From assembly GCA_964016885.1 (NCBI GenBank), contig OZ024743.1, positions 5,270,001 through 5,334,000 of the forward strand: a stretch of 64,000 nucleotides of DNA. Direction: 5' to 3'. Position 1 is the stretch's first letter. Every line of letters starts with the position of its first letter. The notes beneath the pieces were generated by a model. It searched no databases and was not told where the DNA came from. It saw only the letters and a list, made by a program, of their open reading frames with translations. This DNA comes from Eledone cirrhosa. Taxonomy: Eukaryota. Shown here piece after piece: positions 1 to 11,931 of the stretch. The translations under genes were made by a program, and so were the position numbers.

Positions 1-67
1 ATATGGATGTTATTGTATGTGTGGATGTGTGTTTTGAGTTGTATGTGTGCATGAGTATATGCAGTTA

Positions 68-716
68 TTAGATGCAACATTTTTGGAATGTTTTACATAT
101 TTTTACTGTTCCATTAATGGATTGTACTTGTAATTTCCTAACTAGTTGTGTTCTTTCTGTTCCTGTGAAGCCTAGCTTCTCAAGATTTGTATTGAGGCAG
201 TTACTAACATACCCCAGTGCCCCAATAATCACAGGCATATATCTGAAGGTGTAATCAGGGTGGAGTTTCTGCAGATTTCTCATCAGTTCTGCATAAATGT
301 TCTCCTTTTCACTAATCTTTGATATTATATTGGCATCTGCTGGGAAGCTAATTTCCACTACTGTGCATGCTTTCTTCTCCCTGTCCCATATCATAATATC
401 TGGTCTGTTATACCTGCATTTTATTGGGGTTTTTACTGGAACATTCCACCAGTACTCTTTCATATTATGTACGTGTCTTCCACATTGCTGTAGTTTTTAA
501 TGTGTTTATTATCGGGGCTATCTTTTTTACGGACTGCATTGTACAATGTTTTGGCCACTACATCATGCCTCATAGGTAGATAGTACCGCGATGACATCTT
601 CGGACATCTGCTGATGACATGGGTGATATCCTAGATGTTAGTTCTGCAGAGTCTGCACTTGTTATCACATCTAGGTGTTTTGCCTGCATCCCTATCTCTT
701 TTGTGAATCAGGTATT
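68..716 (-). mobile_element. 3' fragment of an RLE-type non-LTR retrotransposon (R4/Dong-like), decayed
   Basis: Minus strand gives a CCHC knuckle (CRLC..*DITHVISRC), RHD, then RPDIMIWD...VEISFPAD...K..EK..IY, the restriction-like endonuclease motif; stop and frameshift present. Confidence 0.85.
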
Positions 717-814
717 TCGTGTTATCAAGCGTTAACCTAATATATCCCTTCCATATACTGTACCGATTGTGTTGTTATTTCTGTTTATCTTTTACATATA
801 TATATATATATATT

Positions 815-939
815 ATAATTGTTTCTACTTTTGGCACAAGGCCAGCAACTACCCAGTGCATTACTGGTACTTTATTTTATCGACCCCGTAAGGATGAAAG
901 GCAAAGTTAACCTCGGCGGGATTTGAACTCAGAATGGCA
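815..939 (-). mobile_element. tRNA-derived SINE family A, partial
   Basis: Same ~190-bp repeat recurs more than 12 times in the window; sense has B-box GAGTTCAAATC and central GCCTTTCATCCTTACGGGGTCGATAAAATAAAGTACC. Confidence 0.9.
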
Positions 940-949
940 ATATATATAT

Positions 950-1200
950 ATTATAATGATAAGGAACAAGGATTCAGTGTTGCATCATACCATATTTAAT
1001 AACATATTACATATGTTTCTCTAACGATCAGCTCGAGGCAAGATCTCATATACCAAACAGATCTGACGACCTTTCGATTACAGAGTCGGGTTCGATCTAT
1101 AATAGATCTTGCCTCGAGCTGATCGTTAGAGAAACATATGTAATATGTTATTAAATATGGTATGATGCAACACTGAATCCTTGTTCCTTATCATTATAAT
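950..1200. repeat. Snap-back inverted repeat (97-bp arms), PLE-type end
   Basis: 950-1046 is the reverse complement of 1104-1200; preceded by (TA)n. Confidence 0.95.
1056..1149 (+). ncRNA. Type I hammerhead ribozyme with long stem II
   Basis: aacagat-CTGACGA-(61-nt hairpin)-GAAAC-atat-GTA-atatgtt; stem I pairs with one mismatch; palindromic stem III ACATATGT. Confidence 0.75.
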
Positions 1201-1297
1201 TAACTTTGCCTTTCATCCTTACGGGGTCGATAAAATAAAGTACCAGTAATGCACTGGGTAATTGCTGGCCTTGTGCCTAACGTAGAAACAATTATAA
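1200..1297 (+). mobile_element. SINE family A, 3' part
   Basis: Reverse complement of 815-910. Confidence 0.9.
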
Positions 1298-1469
1298 TAT
1301 TATACTCTACTCTGCACGAGCATCGAGTGTTCAACCGGCATATCGCCTACGTACGCATTTATTTTGCAACCTTACAACGGTACTGCTGGTCCATCCGGGG
1401 GTCACAACGCGTGACATAGGCCAATCGCTGTCCAGTGGAGTTAGAGACGAGAAAACATTAATTTATAGC

Positions 1470-1514
<45 letters not shown>

Positions 1515-1819
1515 AATAATCGTATAGATTATTAGACTAGTACTTTATTTATCGACTCCAAAATTAGACTAGTACTTTATTTATCGACTCCAAAAGAATG
1601 AAAGGCGTAGTTGACCCCAAAATTTGAATTTGAAGTGCAGAGAGCCTGGGCGGCGACCGCACTGCCAGTTTGCCACCCATCTTCTCTAGATACATCAACA
1701 TATAAATAGGTATACTATTTCGCCGCCAAAACTATAGGTGTTGGAGCAAAATTGATGATATTTTTGGAATCAGTGCCCCATATCTAGGATTGGTGGATCG
1801 AAGATAACTCAACGGCGAT

Positions 1820-1864
1820 AGATGATGATGATGGCGATGACCAGCCTGGTGCTGGTGATGAGTA

Positions 1865-1902
<38 letters not shown>

Positions 1903-2080
1903 TTGGTGGTGTTGGGGGTGGAGATTTTTGTTGTTGTTGTTGTGGTGGTGGTGGTGCTGCTGCTGCTGGCGAGGTGTTGTTGATGGTGGTGCTGGTTATG
2001 GTGCTGGTGGTGCTGGTTATGGTGCTGGTGGTGCTGGTGGTGCTGGTTATGGTGCTGGTGGTGCTGGAGGTGCTGGTGAT
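1820..2080. repeat. Compound trinucleotide low-complexity repeat (GAT/TAG/GGT/GCT)
   Basis: Direct inspection. Confidence 0.9.
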
Positions 2081-2566
2081 ACACTATACTCACTTCGGGC
2101 GCGTGCATTTATACGAGATAAATTTTTAAAAAGGGGTAAAAAAAAAAAATGAAAAAAAAAAATGAATAAAAAAAATGATACGATGAATAAAAGAGACAGA
2201 CAGAGCGTGAAGAGTGAAAGAGAGAGAGAGTGAGAGAGAGAGCGAGAGAGGAGGGAAACAGAGAGATAGGGGGGGGGGGATAGTTCGGCACGTGGGAACC
2301 GCGGCAGTGAGCCGGACTCACGCCTCGCTTTCGGTTTGGTAGCATTTGCTGAAAGAGGTGTAGCGTTAAGTTAGGCTGTGTAACAATCAAGCGACAAACA
2401 GACCAGCCAGCCAGCCAGCCAGCCAGCTAGTGCCACTAACAGTAGCAGCTACACTACAGCAAGCTGCCACCCTTTTCTACACCTACCCGCCTTACACCCT
2501 TATCTCCTTTAGTATATACAAGAGCTGTTTGAACTACTACTACTACTATCAATAACAACAACAATA

Positions 2567-2965
2567 ATAATTGTTTCTATGTTAGGCACAAGGCCAGCAA
2601 TTATCCCAGTGTATTACTGGTACTTTATTTTATCGACCCCGTAAGGATGAAAGGCAAAGTTAACCTCGGCGGGATTTCAACTCAGAATGGCAAGGGCCGT
2701 AACTCTACGCGTCAAAGCAAGGCGCCCGACCCTCTACCGATACTGCCAATCCACCTCAGATATAGGCACAAAGACAGCAATTTTGGGGGAGGAAAAAGTT
2801 GATTAAATCGACACCAGTGCGAGACTGGTATTTTATTGTATCGAACCCGTAAGGATGAAAGGCAACGCTAACTTCGGCGAGATTTGAACTCAGAATGTAA
2901 AGGGACGTCACTCTATGCCGCGAAGCAGCGTGTCCAGCCTTCTACCGATTCTGCCAATCCACCAA
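2567..2965 (-). mobile_element. Two tandem SINE family A copies
   Basis: Full copy at about 2567-2755 and a diverged variant at about 2760-2965. Confidence 0.85.
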
Positions 2966-3146
2966 ATAATAATTTCATTTATTTGCCACAAGGACATCGG
3001 ATAAAGGTGATATTGCAAAGACAGGTTTATGGTCGGGCCTGTGGCAGAGGACCACATCCCTTACTCATCTCCCTGGACAATGTCCTCTCCATTCTGTTCA
3101 CCGGGACCACGAGGTGGACTAACCCTTAAACATTGAGTAGTAAATA

Positions 3147-3214
<68 letters not shown>

Positions 3215-3239
3215 CACATAGTATACATTTATCCTTTAT

Positions 3240-3650
3240 GGTTGGACATATGTGATAGAAGTACGTAGCCCGGAGATCAGAAAGTCACTCCAGGTAGAGC
3301 CACTTCTCCCTATTGTGAGATCACAGCCCCGATATTACGGACATGTGATTAGCATGTCTCAGGAAAGAAATGCTGGACAGATTTTACGAGCAAAACCAAC
3401 TGGCAGGAGGCCCAGAAGTAGACCCCGAGCAAGATGGTTGGATAACATCCATGAGCTTGTCTAGGGATCCAGTCGAATCAGTTAGAAACAATTGCTTCTG
3501 ACAGGAGCCGCTGGAAGGAGTGTTTGAGGCCTCAGCTCCCCCCACGACCTTCTTAGGAACAAGTGGACGAAGAAGAAGAAGAAGAAGAAGAAGAAGAAGA
3601 AGAAGAAGAAGACTGGAAACGTTAGGGACACATATCTCTGCATGAAACAG
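3240..3650 (+). mobile_element. RTE-clade LINE 3' fragment with (GAA)n tract
   Basis: RYYGHV..M....I...KPTGRRPRSRPRARWLD motif; homologous to 18170-18800 and 53890-54105. Confidence 0.8.
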
Positions 3651-3804
3651 ACAAGATGTCCTAACACTCATTCTTAGAAATATGTCGGATACTTTCAAAG
3701 ACAAGTTACAATATGAAGGTGAGGGTTTACATAAAATAAGAAAAAAATGGGTAACACATATAGATAGTATACAAATCATTAATCTGGATACCCCCCCCCC
3801 CCCC

Positions 3805-3983
3805 CCCCCAGCCCCGGCGGACATGATGGAGGAGGCGTTCCCACGGAGGACGGCAAGGGAGACGCGCTGGAAAAGCCACTCCAACTCGCGGGGTTTACAC
3901 CTGCGGCTGGCCAGCTCAGCGCCTATGGTGGTGAGTATGGAGGTAGCCCTAGGGCCGAGGACACCAGAAGTCTCCACTGCCAG
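3805..3983 (-). mobile_element. CRE-like RLE retrotransposon C-terminal fragment
   Basis: ETSGVLGPRA...RELEWLFQRVSLAVLRGNA motif. Confidence 0.75.
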
Positions 3984-4045
3984 ATATACATATTAGGTAT
4001 ACATATTATACAATTATATCCAGTCACCGGACCACCAAAGGTGTG

Positions 4046-4129
<84 letters not shown>

Positions 4130-4241
4130 CTATCATTGTTCGAACTAGATGCACAAGTTGAAAATAAACTAATTCACTCTTGCCATTTTCGCTACTTTCA
4201 CCCACCTATTGATAATTTTACTGGAGGAGAAAACCTACCAT

Positions 4242-4343
<102 letters not shown>

Positions 4344-4455
4344 GGAGGTGAGTTTTATTGTAGCACAATAAAGCAATGCAAATATATATATTTATCCCGG
4401 GTTCAATCGGGGGTAACCACAGTAAGTAAGGTACTCAATATATAGCAGAGTATAA

Positions 4456-4585
4456 ATATTTAATATAGAAATGGCTTCTACAGGACTAGAACTATTTCGT
4501 TTAGGAGAAATCATCAGGAAGCGCTTCCTGATGATTTTTCCCGAATGAAACAGTTCTAGTCCTGTAGATGCCATTTCTATATTAA

Positions 4586-4589
<4 letters not shown>
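4456..4589. repeat. Loopless imperfect palindrome of two HHR-like cores
   Basis: Centre AGCGCT at 4520-4525; each arm reads CTGATGA-ttt...-GAAA(C/T)-agttctaGTC; a related fragment lies at about 7978-8055. Confidence 0.8.
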
Positions 4590-4646
<57 letters not shown>

Positions 4647-6379
4647 CTAGCCTTGTCATATGCACAGTGATATAGGTCGGTATCCATTTACACGATGTTA
4701 GTCTTCAGTGAGCTTCTTATCCTTACCACAACCAGGACATCATTGAATGTAATGAAGAAAGCTATCACTTTGAAAAAAAGTACTGAAATTTCTTATGTTT
4801 ACCTTTAATTCCCCCTAACTCTATTCAATTAACACTTGATTCGATTTAATAGTCACATTTTACTCATGTCAAATATGAACATAAATCGCAAAATATTTGA
4901 TGGGTTCAGCTTTATAAAATGAGAACGTATCTAGCTGACACATTACTGACCAATATTTGTCGTTACTAAATACTTTCATCCCTTAATGTCATTTTCTCGG
5001 AAAGAACTTTCACTTACACTTTTGACAAGGTAAATACTTATTTTCATGGAACCCTGGAAACGCCTGGAAACGCTTATTTATATTTTTTTTATTTTTCATA
5101 TAGACACGATAATATTTTAAGGGGTGAAACTTATTTAACTTATGAATTAAAAACTGACTTCCAGAAGACAAAGGGTTTACTCGTGTTTCGGCAGTTGTTG
5201 GGAGATGAGAATTCTCACAAATTGCCTACATTTATTCTAATATATATACACCAGATCCGAACACAAAAGAACCAAACTCACGCTGTCACTGCTTCCGTCT
5301 CTCCCGGTCTCGCCATCTTTCACTATTGTGATCAAATGGGGCCCAATCTGACCTATAAAATATTTATCTTCAACACTTCTGCTTTTTGAATATGCTTTCG
5401 AAATTTGGCATCAATAGTAATAAGCAGAAATATGTCACAATTTGCAAGAAATAATGGTTTGTCACCGAGACAAGTTATGAAAGAGATTATTACGGACACC
5501 TATAGTGAAGATGATGCATCAGAAGGAAAATTTATTCCCCTTATTTTCAGTCTTTCTGCGTTACGTGTCCTGTTGTCGCTCTGACTCAACTCTTGTGGGC
5601 GGTTGTCTGTGGATTAGTCACTAATAAAGTCTATTTTTCTCACAAACAATCTTCAGGTCTCTAAACAAACAATGTTAGTTTCTTTCGTAAAGCGGCAGTG
5701 GCATGTAAGAAAAATAACACAGAAGTGACTAATAATATTGACGAAAGCTGCGTTTCGCTTACGTCTTATTCAAATGTTTCTAATCGGGTCCAATTGCAAT
5801 TCGAAGTTAGGTGTTCAGCCTGAAGAAATCCGAAAGAAAGGGAAGGGCACTTATCCCTGGTTAGACTTCAATGGTGATAGGTTTGAGAGTAAAATATGCA
5901 CAAACATAAGCAAACTGAAACTTTTCATTTTTAAGGGCACGAGTTGTTCAAGCAAATGGCAGATATACGAAGTATCTTATTGCAAAACTGATCGAAGCAT
6001 ACGCTTGCAGTCTTTCAAAAATATGTTGCTCGTCGTAAACTGTCAAAATGAAAATTTGTTAGTATATCAAGCAGATTAATGTAAAATATATATGGCCCCA
6101 TCAATAACTCAACAAGCCCAAGCATTAAGACTCAGGGGCGGTGGAAGCATTTCTAAATTGGAGGCGGAGGAAAATTTGGTCAATTTAGTTGTAGTGATTA
6201 GTTTAGTTCTTTAAAATGGTCAGAAAATTTCGGTATGCGATAAACATAACATGGACATAAGTTGCAGCGCATATACAAATAGATGTGTGTTTTGGTAGTT
6301 TGGGGAGAAGATATATAATTATTGGAGGGAGAGGGCATGTCCCCCATCCAGTTCCACGACCCATGAGACCACGCCAATA

Positions 6380-6991
6380 GTTTATTTGAATTGTGTTTAC
6401 TTGGATCGAAACGAACTTCTTAATCATAAAGCAGCATCTATTGCTCAACATCTGTTGGACTGTGTTATCAACCATGTTTTTTATGACACTCATTTAAATT
6501 AGAATCTTGTAACATTTGCTGGTGAGGAGTTAAGTGTGATGCTTGGTATTAGGTGTTGTAACAATTCCCCAAAAAACAATATCTTGGTGTAATAATTTGA
6601 CTCTGTCTTAATCGGATTGGAACAATCAGTAGGAGATTCGGTAAGAAAAGGTTATGGAATTAATTATTCCAATCATTTATGAATAAAATGTGCTCCGTTT
6701 ACAGTAAATTCCTTCTAAATCAAAAGAGACTGTTTGTAAGTGTCCCTCAACTAGAACAAGAAGTTTACAAAATAAACAGGGTTCTGGTCATCAAGTGGGT
6801 AGTTAGCTCAAATCATCTCGACAGTGCCGCAAATTTAAGAAACGCTGTGTCTTCATTTTAAAAATACAATGAAGGATAAAACAAGATCTGAGTGTAACAG
6901 AAGCATTTATTGGGGATTGTTCAAAAGACACTTCGCTGAACAGCGACTTAGCCTTAATGTATGACATGTAAACTTAGTTTACTGTCAGAGT
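6380..6991 (+). pseudogene. Decayed hAT transposase (KIAA1586/ZNF862-like), continuing at about 12076-12440
   Basis: MNKMCSVYSKFLLNQKRL...KINRVLVIKWVVSS resembles the LYSxSPKNxREL...KIGRVLxxRWVASS block; split by the 6992-12067 insertion. Confidence 0.55.
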
Positions 6992-7143
6992 CAGTGGCGG
7001 ACTGGCCAGGTTGCCAGGTTGCTCAGTGGCAAGTGGGCTCCAGGGGGCCCACGGCAGCATTGCAAGAGCCCACAGTAGCATTGCATGGCCCACTGTAGTA
7101 TTTTAGGGGCCAATGCTTTGCTTTCAAAAAATACCTGAAATCT

Positions 7144-7787
7144 AACCAGTATGACTCTAAAAACCGGTTTGTCTGTGTGTTTACATACAGAATAGCTGGA
7201 TACTCACAGTAAAGTAACCAGTGAAAGACTTGGTACATCTACATATGTATACGTGTGTGTATTCATATGCATACTAGTATTTCAGTATGCATATGTAGAT
7301 GTACATTTTTAACTTAATTGTTTAAGCGTTAGTCATACAAAAGTGAGTTACAAACGAAACGAAATTTAATTTCGTTTCGTTATTTGTTTTTATCGTCTCC
7401 GTTGAACCGGTACGTACTCACACTCTATGCAAATTAGTCTGCCCACTACTAATTTTCATAGAAAAAGCATATAACGATATGTGCTTTTACGATTCTCCAG
7501 AAAGGCCGGTAGATAGGTAAATATTGCTGATGAGTTGTAACAACAACGAAACTAGTTCAATATTCCTTGTCTGGCTTTCTGGAGAATAGAGGAAAGGTGT
7601 TTCCTCAAAAACCAGTATGACTCTAAAAACCGGTTTGTCTGTGTGTTTACATACAGAATAGCTGGATACTCACAGTAAAGTAACCAGTGAAAGACTTGGT
7701 ACATCTACATATGTATACGTGTGTGTATTCATATGCATACTAGTATTTCAGTATGCATATGTAGATGTACATTTTTAACTTAATTGT
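7144..7787 (+). mobile_element. Retrozyme-like or non-autonomous PLE, 466-nt monomer x1.4
   Basis: 178-bp identical direct repeats at 7144-7321 and 7610-7787 bracket an HHR; no ORF; ends in (TA)n. Confidence 0.75.
7520..7564 (+). ncRNA. Minimal type I hammerhead ribozyme
   Basis: aatattg-CTGATGA-GTTGT-aaca-ACAAC-GAAAC-ta-GTT-caatatt; perfect 7-bp stem I, extended by 7492-7500 pairing with 7579-7587. Confidence 0.9.
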
Positions 7788-8378
7788 ATATATATATATT
7801 TATATACTTACACACGAACTTCTGACCAAATAATGCTTGGTATCAATGGGTTAAAGACATCTGTCAAATCAATTAGTGGTGAAGATGGTGTGTATATATA
7901 TAGATAGATACCCCTCCAACACACACACACGCACACACACACACACACATACACATATATATATATATATATATATATTGGTGATTTCTAATGAATGAAA
8001 CAGTTCTAGTCCTGTAGAATCTCATCTATATTAAAACTGTTATACTCTGCTATATATATATATATATATATATATATACGTGGAGAAATAAATATAGGAG
8101 AACAAACCGTTAAAACATGTTTATTTAAAATATATATATATATTGAGTGAGTGTGAAAGACCAAAGGTCATTATTGAAAGTCTCTGGATTTCGTAAAATA
8201 CATATTTTTATTGGAGAAGGTAAGGTATTTTCCGCAAAAATTTGATTGCACTGTTTTGTTTCCACTTTTGTATTTTTCGAAAATGTTGTTTATTCATTGT
8301 AAAAATTAAATGATAACACTCTATATGTAGGTGGGCCCCCTTCATGTGGCAACCAATATTTTTAGACCTAGTCCGCCA

Positions 8379-8409
<31 letters not shown>

Positions 8410-8647
8410 ATGCCAATCATTGTAAGTTTGAATCTAACTGACATGCCAAAACATATATATAGGAATAAGGTAAGCCCAAATCATAGTAGATTCAAATATC
8501 AGAGAGAGAAATAGAGAGAGTGAGAGAGGGGGGAGGGGGAGAAATGCGGTGGAACAGAAATGAAACATAGATTGCAGGTTAAAATGCAGTCTAGATAGAT
8601 GAGAAACAAAACGAGTATGTAGTATATGGAACACCCAAATGATTTAG

Positions 8648-9090
8648 AAGTCGACCTTAAGTAGAAGCAATAACATTAAGAAAGACACGAACGACATCAC
8701 ATCATTTTGTTTTGGAAATTTTGAAAGTAGGTTTATAAGTCTGAATTTTCATAGTTGTCACTGTGGCCTGGCGGTAGGTACTAGAGGTGGTGGAGATCCT
8801 GAACTTGGGTTCAATCCTCGTCAGGAGGTGCATGTAACCTTCTTCAGTTTTTATTTTACACCCAATAAAAAAAAAAATGAAAAGGATTACCGGGAATCCT
8901 ATTCCCGACCAGGATCGAACTTCTAACCAGGATCACCACCGTCTATGATTCCTTCAACTAGGCCGCCAAGACAGTCATAGAGGAGTGAGGAAAATTAATA
9001 ATTATAAACCTACTTTAAAAATCAAAGTTAAAAAGATGTGGTTTCGTTCATGGCTTTCCTCGAGTTATTTGTCATATTTAGGGTCGACTT
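8648..9090. repeat. Old degenerate inverted repeat with a tRNA/SINE-head-like sequence in each arm
   Basis: Ends AAGTCGACC / GGTCGACTT; inner match AAAGTAGGTTTATAA / TTATAAACCTACTTT; B-box-like GGTTCAATCC (+, 8808) and GTTCGATCC (-, 8912-8920). Confidence 0.65.
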
Positions 9091-9174
9091 GTCAATCTGC
9101 CTCTTTGGTAACAACCTTATTATTCTCATGTGTTGAACTGTTGAATTAATTTAATTGAAATATTCTAACAAACA

Positions 9175-9232
<58 letters not shown>

Positions 9233-9238
<6 letters not shown>

Positions 9239-9976
9239 TTAGAAACACACAGATACATGCGGACACACACATATATACATGAATGCATCCGCACCCAACT
9301 GTGAGTTAAGGGTGCCAACTTCACCGATGTTGCTCAATGAATGACTGGGACAGACCAATTCAGTTTGAACCAGACTGAACCAGTATCAGAGTTAAAAATA
9401 CATTATGAAGAGAGAAGAAACATTTAGATATAATTAGTAATAAAATGTATCATACCTAAACTGTTCCTAAATTCCTCGACTACGTAGTTTCGTGGCATAA
9501 ACAAAAACAATATATCAAAGATATAGAGTCCTTGCGAGGTCTGCCGACTTATCAAGAGGATACCTCATTTTACTAGTCTCAAGAACGCGTCTACACGACG
9601 TGAGAAAGAATCCCAAAAGGCGGAGGGGGAGATAGTCACGCGATATAACGGTCGAGAAACAGAGCTAAGCCTCTTATAACCACGAAAAAAATACCACGGA
9701 GGCGGAGGGGGTATTCATATCGAGGCCGTAGAAGAGGTAGTGAAGAAGGCGAGAAGTATGAGTAATGGAAGCTTTCCAGTTGTCCCCACACTTCAAAGAT
9801 TGCTCGACCAGAGGGAGTTATTAATACATTTAGAAACACACAGATACATGCGGACACACACATATATACATGAATGCATCCGCACCCAACTGTGAGTTAA
9901 GGGTGCCAACTTCACCGATGTTGCTCAATGAATGACTGGGACAGACCAATTCAGTTTGAACCAGACTGAACCAGTA
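9233..9976 (-). mobile_element. HHR-bearing element, 591-nt monomer x1.26 (pseudo-LTR or retrozyme-like), in (TA)n
   Basis: 153-bp identical direct repeats at 9233-9385 and 9824-9976; (TA)n on both sides. Confidence 0.75.
9472..9561 (-). ncRNA. Type I hammerhead ribozyme with mutated core
   Basis: Minus strand: atcctc-TTGATAA-Gtcggca...tgccaC-GAAAC-tacgta-GTC-gaggaa; core differs from CUGAUGA at 2 positions. Confidence 0.65.
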
Positions 9977-10479
9977 ATATATATATATATATATATATAA
10001 CGGCGATGAATTAGTTTTGCAAGGTTTTTGATATGAAATCGTGTGTCGAAACAAATATTGTTATACTTGGGGAGGGTCATATTTGTGTAATATTGCCAGA
10101 ATTAATAACAGAACACACTCACTGTTTGGTTGGTTTTCGCTTTTCGCTTCTGTGTCTTTTATATCGGTAATCTAATTTATTCGGTGCTCAATGTTGCCAT
10201 TGACTGACCAACGGTCAAAAATACAGATACAATATAGACACAAACACATATATATAGTTTATCAAAGTTCTTTCGTTGCACATCTGCAACATCGTCAGTG
10301 GTGCTATTGTTTCCTCCCGTTGCATTGTATTTTCTACGACATCTTTATTTAGTCTGTTTATATATTTATTTATTTGTTTATTTTATTTTGTCTTCTTTGC
10401 GCATGCGTTTGCGTGTGTGTATAGTGTTTTGTTTGATGTGTGTTCGTGATTGGGTGGCTGTGTATTGGTTAATGTATTC

Positions 10480-10528
<49 letters not shown>

Positions 10529-10753
10529 CAGGTCTGATTGTCATTTATTTTTTATCATTTATTTTGTTTTGACCTGTTTAGCTTGACTTGGTTTTGGGGT
10601 TGGGTGGTTAATGCCTTCTTGACCACCTTTTCAGTTTTGTATGGCTTCTTAACACATTGTTTAGCTCTGCTTTTTAACTATTGGGCACTTTGCCAGTATC
10701 ATTTCTGATTTTTGCGTTTTCCTGCCCGCCGAAAATGCGATTCTCGCTGAATC

Positions 10754-10846
<93 letters not shown>

Positions 10847-10865
10847 ATACATATATATGTACATT

Positions 10866-10972
10866 AATTGTTTCTACTTTAGGCACAAGGCCAGCAATTA
10901 CCCAGTGCATTACTGGTACTTTATTTTATCGACCCCGTAAGGATGAAAGGCAAAGTCAACCTCGGCGGGATT
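10866..10972 (-). mobile_element. SINE family A, truncated
   Basis: Matches other copies. Confidence 0.9.
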
Positions 10973-11052
10973 AATAAATTTCAAGACTAAAATCCAAAGA
11001 GGGCTCGATAAGGATAAATATATATCAAATATATAAGAACCGTAGAGCAAAT

Positions 11053-11857
11053 ATTTATTAAAATAACAGATTAAAGTTTAAGCAAAGAATCGCTGCTTTC
11101 ACCCTTAACGGGATCTACTGAAACTAACAAAGTCAATCTGTAAACGCAGAACTGGATATTTCAAAAAAACGTTGCAGCCGGTGGAAGACAGGAAGACGAT
11201 ACTTTGGTTCGTGGAAATGTTCGCTGGCAAAGAACGGGAAAAAACGAATAAGATACGTCATTAATAGGAGCGGTGAAAAACAATTACGCGCAAAGACAGA
11301 ACCACGTTTATGGTATAAAAGAAGTCGTAGACTAATGTTCTCTTAGGTGGTTCATAGAGACGTTCTCTGGCAATGAACGAAAAAAACGAAGATGTCTGTG
11401 TGAGTATGCGGAGATTCATTCGGTCTCCTAGCTAGAATTTTAGTCTACGACTTCTGCTATACCATTTACGTGGTTTTGTCTTTGCGTGCTATTGTTCTCC
11501 ACGCTCCACATATGACGCATTATCTTCGTTTTTTCCGTCCATTGCCAGAGAACGTCTCTATGAACCACCTAAGAGAATATTAGTCTACGACTTCTTTTAT
11601 ACCATAAACGTGGTTCTGTCTTTGCGCGTAATTGTTTTTCACCGCTCCAAATAATGACGTATTATTCGTTTTTTCCCGTTCTTTGCCAGCGAACATTTCC
11701 ACGAACCAAAGTATCGTCTTCCTGTCTTCCTCCGGTTGCAACGTTTTTTGAAATATCCACTTCTGCGTTTACAGATTGACTTTGTTAGTTTCAGAAGATC
11801 CCGTGAAGGGTGAAAGCAGCGATTCTTTGCTTAAACTTTAATCTGTTATTTAAATAA

Positions 11858-11860
<3 letters not shown>
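11053..11860. repeat. Large inverted repeat (~340-bp arms) with an internal 140-bp tandem duplication
   Basis: 11053-11393 vs 11522-11860; TAGTCTACGACTTC recurs at 11441 and 11581; followed by (TA)n. Confidence 0.9.
11787..11837 (+). ncRNA. Variant type I hammerhead (CAGAAGA core)
   Basis: agttt-CAGAAGA-Tccc-gtgaa-gggT-GAAAGCA-gcgattctt-TGCT-T-aaact; all three stems pair, U4 replaced by A. Confidence 0.55.

Positions 11861-11931
<71 letters not shown>

Noticed and set aside
1928-2152. Silk-like GAGYGAGG ORF
   Set aside because: Arises from GGT/GCT triplet repeats; no splice or start context supports it.
6133-6365. Small hAT-like MITE
   Set aside because: TIRs match poorly and there is no TSD.
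10001-10068. GAAACAA-ata-TTGTT as the 3' half of a hammerhead
   Set aside because: No intact CUGAnGA or stem I upstream.
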